Positions 9,447 through 19,203 of a stretch of 64,000 nucleotides of DNA are shown here, one piece after another. Source of the DNA: Rhodothermales bacterium (GTDB lineage Bacteria > Bacteroidota > Rhodothermia > Rhodothermales > JANQRZ01). A program made the position numbers and the translations under genes. Where the stretch lies: assembly GCA_965214485.1 (NCBI GenBank), contig CBDCBW010000015.1, forward strand, positions 338,000-401,999, given 5' to 3'. The notes below the pieces were generated by a model, which did no database searches, was not told the DNA's origin, and saw only the letters and a program-made list of their open reading frames with translations. How positions within the stretch are numbered: the first letter of the stretch is position 1; each line of letters opens with the position of its first letter.

Positions 9447-9590
9447 GGGGTCCTCCGGGATGTGAGCGAGAAGGCGAGAGGTGCTTCGTTGCACGGGTGC
9501 TTCGTTGAACGGGTGCTTCGTTGAATACGGGCGTGGTGCCCTCTTTGTCAAGTGAATCCGTACGACGGAGCAGGCCGTGCGCCGCGTCCC

Positions 9591-11501
9591 TCAGGCCGGA
9601 TCGGCGAGGCTGCGGGTGGCGCGGCAGGCGGGGAAGCCGGAGCAGCCGTAGAACGCCCCGTGCGGCCCGTCGCGCCGGACCATCGGGCGGCGGCAGCGCG
9701 GGCAGGCCGGGAGCGGCCCTCCGGCGGCGCTCGGCGCGGCGAGGCCTTTGCGCGCCGCCGGCGGCCGGAGCGCCGGGACGAGGTCGCCGTGGTAGAACTG
9801 CTGGAGCACGGGCCGGTACGCCTCGCGCCCCGTCGCCACCGCGTCGAGCGCGGCTTCGAGGCGGGCCGTGAAGTCGAGGGCGAAGAGCGTGGGGAAGCGC
9901 TGGACGAGGAAGCCGCACGCCCGCAGGCCGAGGTCCGTCGGGCGGAGGTGGCCGTCGCAGACGGCGGCGTAGCCGCGTTCGGTGAGGGTGGCGAGCGTCG
10001 AGGCATAGGTGCTGGGCCGCCCAATCCGGTGCGCCTCGAGCGCCCCGACGAGCGCCGCCTCGGTGTAGGGCTCCGGCGGCGCGCGGTGCGTCCGGCAGTG
10101 CCGGGCGGTGCCGAGCGCGAGCGGCTGCCCTTCGGCAAGCGCCGCCGGCAGCGGGGCCTCCTCCGGCGCGGTGTCTCCGAACTGGAGGAAGCCGCGCACC
10201 TGCCACCGCGCGCCCTGGGCTCGGAAGACGAACTGCCCGGCGGCGTCGGCGGCCTGGGCCGTCGTGCGCTCCCGCGTCGCCGCCGCCGCCTGGCTGACCA
10301 CCGCGCGGCGGTAGACGAGGTCGTAGACGCGGTACTGCTCCGGCGAGAGGTACTTGCGGACGCGCTTGGGGGCGCGCCCGAAGTCGGTCGGGCGCAGGGC
10401 TTCGTGCGCCTCCTGCGCCGCGCTCGCCACCTCGCGCCTGTGCCGGTGCGGACGCGGCGGGAGGTACCCCGGCCCGAAGTCCCGCGCCACCACGTCGCGG
10501 GCGGCGGCGAGGGCCGCTTTCGCCAGGTGGACCCCGTCGGTGCGCGGGTACGTGAGCAGGCCCACGCGCTCGTCGTCGTCGAGCTCGACGCCTTCGTAGA
10601 GCTGCTGCGCCACCCGGAGCGCCGGGCCGGGCGCGAGGCCGAGCTCGGACGAGGCGGCCTGCAGAAAGGCCGCCGTGGTGAACGGCGGCGGCGGCTTGAC
10701 CGACTCCGCGGCCTGCTGCACGGAGCGCACGGTGAACGCCCTGTCCTGCAGGGTCTCGGCGAGGTGCCACGCCGCGCCCTCGTCGAGCGCGTCGTCCGTC
10801 AGCGCCTCCCCGAACGCCTCGCAGAGCCGAGCCGAGAACCGCTCCCCCGTGGGGAGCTGGAACGTGGCCTCGACGCCCCACCGCTCGGCCGGGGCGAAGC
10901 CGGCCACCGCGTGCTCGCGCTCGCAGAGCAGCCGGAGCGCCGCCGTCTGCACGCGCCCCGCCGAGAGCGGCCGGGGGCTGTCGACGGCCCGTTGGAGCAC
11001 CGGGCTGACGGCGTAGCCGACGAGCCGGTCCACGACCCGCCGCGCCTGCTGCGCCGCCACGAGGTCGGCGTCCACGGGCCGGGGCTTCTCGAGCGCGGCG
11101 CGCACCGCCGGAGCCGTCACCTCGCCGAACGAGACCCGCGCCGCGGCGACGCCGGTGCGGGCGAGCGCGTCGGCGAGGTGCTGCGCGAGGGCCTCGCCCT
11201 CGCGGTCGGGGTCGGTGGCGAGCCAGATGCGGTCGCAGCCCTCGGCGTCGCGCCGCAGCCCGGCGAGGAGGGCTCGCTTGCCCTTCGCCGTCGTCCACGC
11301 CGCGTCGAACGTCTCCTCGGTGTCGACGCCCAGCGCGTCCTGCGGCAGGTCCAGAACGTGCCCTTCGGTGGCCCGGACGCGGTAGCCTTCGCCGAGCCAC
11401 CGCGCGAGCGTCTCGGCCTTCGTCGGAGACTCTACGATGAGGAGCTGCACGGGGTCAGGAGCGGAAGCGAGGACGAGCGGAAGCGCGCAAGATAGGGACA
11501 C
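9591..11501 (-). CDS. Type IA DNA topoisomerase (Toprim + Topo IA core + one C-terminal zinc ribbon)
   Basis: 636 aa. Toprim LLIVESPTKA and DPDREGE. Active-site region LTYPRTDG. Zinc ribbon CPRCRRPM...YGCSGFPAC. An alternative GTG start lies at 11450. Confidence 0.9.
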   Translation of the reverse strand: MSLSCALPLVLASAPDPVQLLIVESPTKAETLARWLGEGYRVRATEGHVLDLPQDALGVDTEETFDAAWTTAKGKRALLAGLRRDAEGCDRIWLATDPDREGEALAQHLADALARTGVAAARVSFGEVTAPAVRAALEKPRPVDADLVAAQQARRVVDRLVGYAVSPVLQRAVDSPRPLSAGRVQTAALRLLCEREHAVAGFAPAERWGVEATFQLPTGERFSARLCEAFGEALTDDALDEGAAWHLAETLQDRAFTVRSVQQAAESVKPPPPFTTAAFLQAASSELGLAPGPALRVAQQLYEGVELDDDERVGLLTYPRTDGVHLAKAALAAARDVVARDFGPGYLPPRPHRHRREVASAAQEAHEALRPTDFGRAPKRVRKYLSPEQYRVYDLVYRRAVVSQAAAATRERTTAQAADAAGQFVFRAQGARWQVRGFLQFGDTAPEEAPLPAALAEGQPLALGTARHCRTHRAPPEPYTEAALVGALEAHRIGRPSTYASTLATLTERGYAAVCDGHLRPTDLGLRACGFLVQRFPTLFALDFTARLEAALDAVATGREAYRPVLQQFYHGDLVPALRPPAARKGLAAPSAAGGPLPACPRCRRPMVRRDGPHGAFYGCSGFPACRATRSLADPA

Positions 11502-11513
11502 CTGAACGCAGGG

Positions 11514-12044
11514 CTACCCCTCTTCCGCTCTTCCTTCGCTCCGCTCTTCCGCCCCCAAATACTTGTCTTCGAGCCGCCGCATCGCCGCGCGCTCGGCGTC
11601 GGTCGCGTCGTCGTAGCCCAGCAGGTGGAGGACGCCGTGGAGCACGTAGCGCCGGGCCTCGGCCTCGAACGTCCCGCCGAACTCCGGGGCCCGCTCGGCG
11701 GCGGTGTCGAGGTCCACGTACACCTCCCCGTCGACCCTCCGCTCCGCCAGCGCGCCCTCGTCGAGGCTGAACGAGAGCACGTCGGTCGGGTAGTCGTGGC
11801 CGAGGAACTCGCGGTTGAGCCGGTGGACCGTCGCCCGGTCCGCAAGCACGACGCCGAGCGCATCGACCGTGAACCCCTCGGCTTGGACCATCCGCTCGAC
11901 GAGCGCCCCGAGCGCGGCGGCGTTGAGGTGCCGGGACGGATGGGCGAGGGAGACCTCGATTTCAGGGTTCCGATCTTGGATGTCGGACTTCACTGATGCG
12001 CTCGCGTGCTCATCCACCTTCCCCATTCCACCCTCCCCGCTCAT
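11514..12044 (-). CDS. ybeY: rRNA maturation endoribonuclease YbeY
   Basis: HGVLHLLGYDD metal-binding motif. Start is ambiguous (ATG 12044 or 12026); the track ORF start at 12077 lies inside a repeat element. Confidence 0.85.
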   Translation of the reverse strand: MSGEGGMGKVDEHASASVKSDIQDRNPEIEVSLAHPSRHLNAAALGALVERMVQAEGFTVDALGVVLADRATVHRLNREFLGHDYPTDVLSFSLDEGALAERRVDGEVYVDLDTAAERAPEFGGTFEAEARRYVLHGVLHLLGYDDATDAERAAMRRLEDKYLGAEERSEGRAEEG

Positions 12045-12188
12045 ACCCAATCGCTGAGTTTGTGCGCCCTCCTCCACGTCAAGTCATCCCCGCGAAGGCG
12101 GGAAACCAGGCGAGGGTTGAGCCACGCGCCCTCGCCGTATGGATTCCCGCCTGCGCGGGAAGGACTCAGTCATTCAGAGAAATGGTAT
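12043..12188. repeat. MITE-like ~146-bp element, copy 1 (second copy at 40853..41012)
   Basis: About 90% identical by eye to 40853-41012. Terminal inverted repeats ATACCnAATCGCTGA / TCAGAGAAATGGTAT. Internal hairpins CCCGCGAAGGCGGG and TCCCGCCTGCGCGGGA. Confidence 0.8.
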
Positions 12189-12205
12189 CAGAGTGTGTCT
12201 GTCTC

Positions 12206-12664
12206 TCAGGGCATGTCCCCGAAGAGCGTCTCGCTCATCGAGAGGGCGACGGAGCTCATCATGATCTCGGCCGGGAGCTGGGTGAAGTCCGTCTGGAGGA
12301 GTCGGTCGTCGACGTTGGCGTAGAGTGAGCACCCCGCCCCGCGCTCGACGACCAGGCCGTTCGTGACGCCGCCCCGGCGGGCGAAGAAGATGACCTCGCC
12401 CAGCTCCTCCGAGGCGAGGTAGCCGGTACAGCCCTGGAGTTGGAGGAAGGCGTTCATGCCGTAGACCGAGATCAGCCCCGTCGGCGTCTCGGCGTCGGCG
12501 ACGGCCTCGGGAAGCGTCACCGCCGGGTGGACCTCGAGGACGAGCCGCCGCCCGCTCTCGGCGTCTTCGAGCTCGAACCGGACGAGGGCCCCGTCGCGCA
12601 CCGGCTCCGCGCCAAAGGCGGCGGCGAGCCGGTCGAAGTCAGCATCCGAGAAGGCGAAGGGCAT
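12206..12664 (-). CDS. Hypothetical protein
   Basis: 152-aa ORF (MPFAFSDADFDRLAAAFG...) with balanced composition. No recognised motif. Confidence 0.6.
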   Translation of the reverse strand: MPFAFSDADFDRLAAAFGAEPVRDGALVRFELEDAESGRRLVLEVHPAVTLPEAVADAETPTGLISVYGMNAFLQLQGCTGYLASEELGEVIFFARRGGVTNGLVVERGAGCSLYANVDDRLLQTDFTQLPAEIMMSSVALSMSETLFGDMP

Positions 12665-12781
12665 GGCGAGGGGGGCGGGGCAGGAGAGAAGATAGGCACG
12701 CGAGCAGAGAGGGAAAAGCCCGAGGAGAGGGGGGCGCTCTTTTCCCGCCCGTCTTCCTCCGGCCCCTCCTCCCGTGTACCC

Positions 12782-15664
12782 TCACCCCTGCTCCGCCGGG
12801 GGCGGCTCCTCGGCGGCGGGCGGCGGCGGGCGTGGGGTTTGGTAGAGCTCGCGCAGCTCCTCCGCCGACTGCCGGAACGCCTCGTCGCCGAGCCGCTCGG
12901 CGATGGTGCCGCTGAAGGCCGCGGCCTCGTCGAAGGCTCCGTTTTCGAGGTAGATCGACTGGACCGTCCGGTAGTACTGCACGGCGAGGTTGATCGCGCG
13001 CTGCGAGCCAGCGGTTTCGAGCTGGCGGAGCGCGAGCGGCTCGGCCTCGCGCATGAGCGCCACGGCGCGCTCGCGGTCGCCGAGCGCGGTGTAGGCCTCG
13101 GCGAGGACGTAGAGCGAGATGAAGTCCGCCGGCACGGTCCCGAGCGGGACCTCCTCCTCGACCCGGGCCAGGAGCGCCCGCGCGGCGTCCGGCCTTCCCT
13201 GCTCGGCGAGCGCCTCGGCGGCCGGGCCGAAGACCGACGAGCGGTAGTTGTCGACCATGTTGCGGACGTTCTCGTCGAAGTACACGTCGGGGTCGTCGAG
13301 GTTGGTCAGGCGGAACTTCGAGAGCCGGTCGAGGAGGACCTCGGGGACGACGCGCCCGCCGGGGCGGTCGCTCGGGATCGGGACGACGCGCGTCGCGAGG
13401 CCCTCGGCCTGCATGTAGCCGCCGAGGCTCACCTGGCTGTCCTGCGCCGCCGTCGTCGCGAAGTAGACCGGGCGCTCCCACCCCCGCCGGGCGTTCTCGA
13501 TGAGGATGTCGAGCACGACGCGGTCGTTGACGTAGATCACGTTCCGGCCCTGGGCGTAGGGCCGCCCCTCGACGGTCCACGCCATCGACGGCGGAAGCGC
13601 GGTCGGGTTGCCCCACGCCTGCCGCGTCTCGGCGGACACGTTCTCGACCGGGAGCTCGACCTCGCGCGGCTCCCAGAGCGACGGCTGGAGCGCGTCGATC
13701 TGCTGGTCGGTGAGCGAGATCGGCAGCGGCGCGGACTCGCGCGAGGCCTGGTTCTTGAGCTGCTTGATGTACCACGGCGTCTGGAGCAGCGACAGGTTCG
13801 CCACGCGCACGTCGCGCCGGACGCCCTCGACCTCCTGGAGGTACCACAGCGGGAAGGTGTCGTTGTCGCCGTTGGTGAAGAGGATCGCGTTCGGGGCGAG
13901 GCTCTGGAGCATGTTGTACGCGAAGTCCGGCGCGACGTAGCGCCCGCTCCGGTCGTGGTCGTCGTAGTTCTGGACGAGCATCCAGCCGGGGACCGCGGCG
14001 AAGAGCAGCGCCGCCGCCGCCGCCGCCAGCCCGAGCCGCAGCCCGCTCGACTTCTCGGCGAGCGCCTCGGCCGTGAGCGCGACCAGCCCCGTCGCCCCGA
14101 TCCCGACCCAGAGGCTGTAGGCGAAGAAGCTCGCGACGTAGGAATAGTCCCGCTCGCGCGGCTGCATCGGGTTCTGGTTGAGGTAGAGGATGATCCCCAC
14201 CCCGGTGATCAGGAACAGCACGGCCACGGCGAACGCCCGCCGCCAGTCCTGCACGAAGTGGAACGCCATCCCGATGAGCCCCAGCAGCAGCGGCAGCCAG
14301 AAGTAGACGTTCATCCCCGCCCGCTCGCTCGGCGTCCGCGCCTCAGCGGTGCCGACCGTCCGCACGACCCCGTCGGCCCAGCCGGCGTCCTGCGTGTCGG
14401 CCGCCTTGCCGACGAAGTTCCACAGGAAGTAGCGCAGGTACATGTGCCCGACCTGGTACTTCCAGAAGAACTCCAGGTCGGAGTCGTACTGCGCGTAGAC
14501 CTGGGCGTGCTGCGGCACCGGCGACCAGCGGCGCGGGAAGAACTTGTCGTCGCGCGTGAAGCGGCGCGTCGCGTCGTCGAAGGTCGGCCCCTTGAGCAGC
14601 GGCGTCGCGCCGTACTGCTCGCGCTTGAGGTAGGAGACGATGGCCTCGGTCGTCTCCGGGTCGTTCTCGTCGATCGGCGGGTCCGCCGCCGAGCGGATGA
14701 AGATCAGCGCGTAGCTCGAATACCCGACGAGCAGCATCAGCACCGAGAGCGCGACGAGGTTGCCGACGGGCCGCCGCCGCGTCTGCGTCCACCACACCGC
14801 CCCGACGACCGCGCCGAAGACGACCAGGAGGGTCATCGTCAGACTGCCCAGCGACTCGGCGAGGCTCGGCAGGCCCTGGATCAGGCCGGGGTAGATGAAG
14901 AGGAAGATCACCGAGGCCACGGCCCCCGCCACGACCACCCCGAGCCACCGCTTCGCGGGGGTCCAGTCCGCCCGGTCGAAGTCGGCGAAGTAGACCACGA
15001 GCGCGATGAAGAACAGCGTCAGCACATTGAGCAGGTGCACCCCGATGGCGAGGCCGAAGAGGTAGGCGATCAGCACGAGGTAGCGGTCGCTCTTGAGGCC
15101 GAACGGGTGGTCCCCCTGCGCGCGGAGCGCGGCCTCCTCCTCGAGCTTCTCCTCGCGCCACCGCAGGATCAGCCACACCACGATGGCCGTGAAGAACATA
15201 CTCATCGCGTAGACCTCGGCCTCGACCGCGTTGAACCAGAACGAGTCCGTCACGGCGAACGTCAGCGCCCCGACGACGCCGCCGCCGAGCGCGGCCAGGC
15301 GGTCCGTCGCCGTCCACACGTCCGGCGTGCCCTGCCAGATGCGGACGAGGCGGACGATCACGAGGTGCGTCAGCACGATCGTCAGCGCACTCGCCAGCAC
15401 GCTCACCAGGTTGATCGCCACCGCCGTCGCCCCCGACGCCATGAAGAGGCCGAGCACCGGCCCGAAGACCATCGAGAAGAGCCGCCCGACGAGCATGTAG
15501 AACGGCGCGCCCGGCGGGTGGGACACCTGCAGCCCGTCGGCGATCGCGATGAACTCGCCCGCGTCCCAGAACGACGCCGTCGGCGCGACGGTCATCAGGT
15601 AGAGCACGAGCGAGAAGACGAAGACGCCGGCTGCGACGAGCCGGTCAACCGTGGTTCCTTTCAT
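12782..15664 (-). CDS. DUF2723-family polytopic membrane protein (glycosyltransferase-like) with C-terminal TPR-like region
   Basis: Start MKGTTVDRLV at 15664 (track ORF reaches 15697). N-terminal motif SFWDAGEFIA...HPPGAPFY, many TM segments, and a helical-repeat C-terminus. Confidence 0.8.
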   Translation of the reverse strand: MKGTTVDRLVAAGVFVFSLVLYLMTVAPTASFWDAGEFIAIADGLQVSHPPGAPFYMLVGRLFSMVFGPVLGLFMASGATAVAINLVSVLASALTIVLTHLVIVRLVRIWQGTPDVWTATDRLAALGGGVVGALTFAVTDSFWFNAVEAEVYAMSMFFTAIVVWLILRWREEKLEEEAALRAQGDHPFGLKSDRYLVLIAYLFGLAIGVHLLNVLTLFFIALVVYFADFDRADWTPAKRWLGVVVAGAVASVIFLFIYPGLIQGLPSLAESLGSLTMTLLVVFGAVVGAVWWTQTRRRPVGNLVALSVLMLLVGYSSYALIFIRSAADPPIDENDPETTEAIVSYLKREQYGATPLLKGPTFDDATRRFTRDDKFFPRRWSPVPQHAQVYAQYDSDLEFFWKYQVGHMYLRYFLWNFVGKAADTQDAGWADGVVRTVGTAEARTPSERAGMNVYFWLPLLLGLIGMAFHFVQDWRRAFAVAVLFLITGVGIILYLNQNPMQPRERDYSYVASFFAYSLWVGIGATGLVALTAEALAEKSSGLRLGLAAAAAALLFAAVPGWMLVQNYDDHDRSGRYVAPDFAYNMLQSLAPNAILFTNGDNDTFPLWYLQEVEGVRRDVRVANLSLLQTPWYIKQLKNQASRESAPLPISLTDQQIDALQPSLWEPREVELPVENVSAETRQAWGNPTALPPSMAWTVEGRPYAQGRNVIYVNDRVVLDILIENARRGWERPVYFATTAAQDSQVSLGGYMQAEGLATRVVPIPSDRPGGRVVPEVLLDRLSKFRLTNLDDPDVYFDENVRNMVDNYRSSVFGPAAEALAEQGRPDAARALLARVEEEVPLGTVPADFISLYVLAEAYTALGDRERAVALMREAEPLALRQLETAGSQRAINLAVQYYRTVQSIYLENGAFDEAAAFSGTIAERLGDEAFRQSAEELRELYQTPRPPPPAAEEPPPAEQG

Positions 15665-15770
15665 ACTGGCGGGCGGGTCCGGGAAGAGCGGAGACACAAA
15701 GCGGGAAGATACGCCCGCACCAACGGCCTAGCCCGGCCTGGATTGCTCTCCTATGCAGATGCCCATCTCG

Positions 15771-16244
15771 TTATCGGGATGCCTCTACTTGCACTATGGC
15801 CGTGCCCTGGTCTTGACCGAATGTTGGACTACGCCCACTATATACCATGTAGTTAAATAGGAAAAACCCTGGTTCAGGACCTGTGTCGAAGGTGACAATA
15901 CCCTCGTCGTTGCTATCAGTAATCTCTCCCAGCGCTGTTCCAGTGACAGCAGCGATCCCACCCAAATACAGGGTGTCGCCATTCGCATCGTTATCGTTGG
16001 CAAGAACATCCACAGAGACTGCCCTGTTGACGGTTGCTCTCACATAGTCAGGTTGAGCTCTGGGAGGACTGGGAGGTGCCTCCTTCGAATCACTAGCAGA
16101 TTCTCCACCGAGTGGAAGTATCCCAATTCTTAGTTGAGCGAGACCTACGAGCAGACCAAGTACCCCAACTGGAAGACCCAGAGCCGTATGCGTGCTAGGT
16201 AGCGACCATCTCAGCCATTGCTTACGAGAGGGGATTGAACTCAT
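15771..16244 (-). CDS. Membrane-anchored protein with a cadherin/VCBS-like Ig domain
   Basis: Start MSSIPSRKQW at 16244, one TM helix, and VSVDVLANDNDANGDTL, a motif typical of VCBS/cadherin-like repeats. The local sequence has visibly lower GC. Confidence 0.55.
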   Translation of the reverse strand: MSSIPSRKQWLRWSLPSTHTALGLPVGVLGLLVGLAQLRIGILPLGGESASDSKEAPPSPPRAQPDYVRATVNRAVSVDVLANDNDANGDTLYLGGIAAVTGTALGEITDSNDEGIVTFDTGPEPGFFLFNYMVYSGRSPTFGQDQGTAIVQVEASR

Positions 16245-16260
16245 ACGCGCAGGAGATACG

Positions 16261-16449
16261 TTATCGCTTGCCGGTCGCCCCCGTACCGGAGACTCCCGCC
16301 GCTCTCGGCTTGAGTTGCACAACGTTCCGCCCGTCCTCATCTTGCCTCTTGCGAAGGTCCCGGCAGATCGCTTTCACGTCAAAACCGAATCGTGCAGCGT
16401 ACTCCTCGCGGGCCTCACGCACCTCGGCAACAATGGGATCATCTTTCAT
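16261..16449 (-). CDS. Small protein downstream of a PIN gene (possible antitoxin partner)
   Basis: 62 aa from ATG 16449 (MKDDPIVAEVREAREEYAARFGFD). Lies 5 nt downstream of the PIN-domain gene stop. Confidence 0.45.
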   Translation of the reverse strand: MKDDPIVAEVREAREEYAARFGFDVKAICRDLRKRQDEDGRNVVQLKPRAAGVSGTGATGKR

Positions 16450-16453
16450 AGGG

Positions 16454-16927
16454 CTACGCCTCCAAGAGTTCTTCGGGGGTGCATAGGATGGGCGGTTCGC
16501 ATCCACTTGAACGGCACACCCACTCTATCTTGTTTCGCATCGCGGCGTTGGCGATGTGCTTGCAGTTCCACGTCAACAAATACTCCATGCCGTGGATGGC
16601 AGCTGTAGCGATGTGGACCGCATCCAGGGCCGCTTTTTGCGGAAGAGGCCCTTCGCGGAGCAGGCGTTCAGCGATCTCTTCTACGTCTTCGGCGATGTCG
16701 AGGAGCGGCAGAAGAGAGAGTGCCGTAAGCCTAGACTCGGCTGCTGTCTTGTCTCCCCGACCGGCCTCATCGAGAACTGGTTTTGAGGTGTAAAGCGTGA
16801 AGTCCCCACGCCTGTCATGCCACCACCGGTCCGTGATCTGCTGATGGGCCGCGACAATGAGGTCCGCACTGGGTCGAGACGTGAGGTAGCCAACGACACT
16901 GGTTTCGATGTAGACCTTCGGCTTCAT
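16454..16927 (-). CDS. PIN-domain protein (VapC-like toxin)
   Basis: 157 aa from ATG 16927. MKPKVYIETSVVGYL has a conserved acidic residue; DAVHIATAAIHGMEYLLTWNCKHI is typical of PIN domains. Confidence 0.7.
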   Translation of the reverse strand: MKPKVYIETSVVGYLTSRPSADLIVAAHQQITDRWWHDRRGDFTLYTSKPVLDEAGRGDKTAAESRLTALSLLPLLDIAEDVEEIAERLLREGPLPQKAALDAVHIATAAIHGMEYLLTWNCKHIANAAMRNKIEWVCRSSGCEPPILCTPEELLEA

Positions 16928-17001
16928 AAACCAAAGGTACTCAGGTTCAGGGCGCGCGGTCTCGGTAGCTTGCGGCCCCTCGCCTCCGACACCCGCCCCC
17001 G

Positions 17002-18639
17002 ATGCGCCTCCTCCTTGTCTCTCTCCTTCTGCTCCCCTTCCTTCTGCTCCCCGTCGCCGTGTCCGCCGTCGCACAGCCCGCGCCTGCCGATCCCGTCGGC
17101 CCTGCCGGCTACCGCCCCGGCGTCGACGCCGAGCGCTACACGTTCCGGCTCGGCCTCACCGACGCCTCGGACCGGATCGAGGGCGAGGCCGACGTCGCGG
17201 TCCGCTTCACCGCCGCCGGCCTCCCCGCGCTCGTGCTCGACCTCGTCGGGCCGAGGGCGGACGGCACCGGGATGACCGTCGGGCGCGTCACCGAGGACGG
17301 CCGGCCGGTGGCCTTCGAGCAGACCGACACCGCGCTGCGGATTCCGCTCGCCACGCCGCCGGCACCCGACGAGCGGCGGACCTACACCGTGGGCTACGCC
17401 GGGGTCCCCGCCGACGGCCTCGTCATCGCCACGAATCGCCACGGCGACCGGACGTTCTTCGGCGACAACTGGCCCAACCGCGCCCGCCACTGGCTCCCGA
17501 CGGTCGATCACCCCTCGGACAAGGCCCTCATCGAGTGGGCCGTCACCGCGCCCGACCACTACCAGGTCGTGGCGAACGGGCGGCTGCGCGAAGAGACCGA
17601 CGTGGGCGGCGGCCTCCGCCTGACGCGGTGGGCCTCGACCGCCCCGCTCGCCACCAAGATCGCGGTCGTCGGCGTGGCCCGATTCGCCGTGGACTACGTC
17701 GACGAGGTCGGCGGGGTGCCCGTCGCGTCGTGGGTCTATCCGCAGGACCGCGAGGCCGGGTTCTTCGACTACGCCCGCGCCGAGCGGGTGCTGGAGGTGT
17801 TCACCCTGCTCCTCGGCCCCTACCCCTTCGCCAAGCTCGCGAACGTGCAGTCCACGACGCGCTACGGCGGGATGGAGAACGCGAGCGCGATCTTCTACGA
17901 CGAGAACTCGGTCACCGGCACGCGCTCGTCGGAGAGCCTGATCGCGCACGAGGTGGCGCACCAGTGGTTCGGCAACGCCGTCACCGAGCGCGACTGGCCG
18001 CACCTGTGGCTGAGCGAGGGCTTCGCGACCTACCTCACCCACGTCTACCACGAGTTCACCTACGGCCGCGACGCCCTCGAAGCCCGCCTCCGCGCCGACC
18101 GCGACCGCGTCGTCGCCTTTGCCCAGGCGCAGCCGACCCGCCCGCTCGTGGACACGACCTACGCCGCCCCGACCGACCTCCTCAACCCGAACTCGTACCA
18201 GAAGGGCGGGTGGGTGCTCCACCTGCTCCGCCGGCATGTCGGCGACGAGGCGTTCTTCGACGGGCTGCGCGCGTTCTACGACCGGCACCGGGGCGAGAAC
18301 GTGACCACCGCCGACTTCCGCCGCATCATGGAGGACGTCTCCGGGCAGGACCTCGGGACCTTCTTCGCGCAGTGGACCGAGCGCCCCGGCGTCCCCCGCC
18401 TCGACGCAACCTGGAGCTGGGGCGACGGCACCCTCAGCCTCGACCTCCGGCAGGGCGGCGAGGTGTGGGCCTTCCCGCTCGACGTCGGGATCGTGACGGC
18501 AGAGGGCGTGCGCGTTGAAACTGTGACGGTAGATGAATTGACGGAGACCGTGGCGATACCGCTCGACGCACCGCCGCAGGACATCGTTCTCGATCCGAAC
18601 GTGAACCTGCTGGCCGCGCTCTCGCTCCGTGCGGAATGA
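17002..18639 (+). CDS. Secreted M1-family zinc metallopeptidase (aminopeptidase N-like)
   Basis: 545 aa. Signal peptide, GMEN exopeptidase motif (YGGMENAS), HEVAHQWFG zinc motif and WLSEGFATY. Confidence 0.9.
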   Translation: MRLLLVSLLLLPFLLLPVAVSAVAQPAPADPVGPAGYRPGVDAERYTFRLGLTDASDRIEGEADVAVRFTAAGLPALVLDLVGPRADGTGMTVGRVTEDGRPVAFEQTDTALRIPLATPPAPDERRTYTVGYAGVPADGLVIATNRHGDRTFFGDNWPNRARHWLPTVDHPSDKALIEWAVTAPDHYQVVANGRLREETDVGGGLRLTRWASTAPLATKIAVVGVARFAVDYVDEVGGVPVASWVYPQDREAGFFDYARAERVLEVFTLLLGPYPFAKLANVQSTTRYGGMENASAIFYDENSVTGTRSSESLIAHEVAHQWFGNAVTERDWPHLWLSEGFATYLTHVYHEFTYGRDALEARLRADRDRVVAFAQAQPTRPLVDTTYAAPTDLLNPNSYQKGGWVLHLLRRHVGDEAFFDGLRAFYDRHRGENVTTADFRRIMEDVSGQDLGTFFAQWTERPGVPRLDATWSWGDGTLSLDLRQGGEVWAFPLDVGIVTAEGVRVETVTVDELTETVAIPLDAPPQDIVLDPNVNLLAALSLRAE

Positions 18640-18748
18640 CGTTCATGGCAAAGCCCGGACCCGCTGACGCAAACGCGCAGCAGGACCTGGCTTTGCCGTT
18701 CGGGTAGGGGCAGGTTTCAAACCCGCCCCTACAACGCTTCCATCAACC

Positions 18749-18905
18749 TCACGCGATCAGCGGGGCGATCACGAGCGCGACGACCGCGATGAGCTTGAGC
18801 AGACGCCCACTCGGACCCAAGGCGTCCTTGCCGTAGGCGACACCGTCGAAGGGCACACGCCGCCCTCGATGCGCCCCGCGTTGTCCCACACGCCGCCGGA
18901 AACCC
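18749..18905 (-). pseudogene. Degenerate remnant of the hppA 3' end (copy 1, internally deleted)
   Basis: TCACGCGATCAGCGGGGCGATCACGAG... aligns with the real hppA end at 29898 onward. It is followed by a similar GTAGGGGC...GCCCCTAC hairpin as the real gene. Confidence 0.75.
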
Positions 18906-18966
18906 CCGGCACTCCCCCTCGTTGATCGCTATCAAAGTGATAGCACCCACCATCCGGTTTTCCCTT

Positions 18967-19203
18967 ATGGCTCAACTCCTGATCCGTGGTCTTGAAGACG
19001 CGACGGTCGAGCGCCTCAAGGCCCGGGCACGGGCGCGCAACCGCTCGCTCCAAGCCGAGACCCGCCGCATCCTCGAACAGGCCGCCGCCACCGACCCCGA
19101 CAGCTTTTGGTCGCAGGCTGATGCGTTCCGCCGTCATCTCGCAGCGAAGGGCGGTCCCGTGACAGACACCACGGCCGACCTCCGAGAGGACCGAGACCGG
19201 TGA
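18967..19203 (+). CDS. RHH-type antitoxin (FitA/VapB-like)
   Basis: 78 aa from ATG 18967 (MAQLLIRGLEDATVERLKARARARNRSLQAE). Its stop overlaps the start of the PIN gene. Confidence 0.8.
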   Translation: MAQLLIRGLEDATVERLKARARARNRSLQAETRRILEQAAATDPDSFWSQADAFRRHLAAKGGPVTDTTADLREDRDR

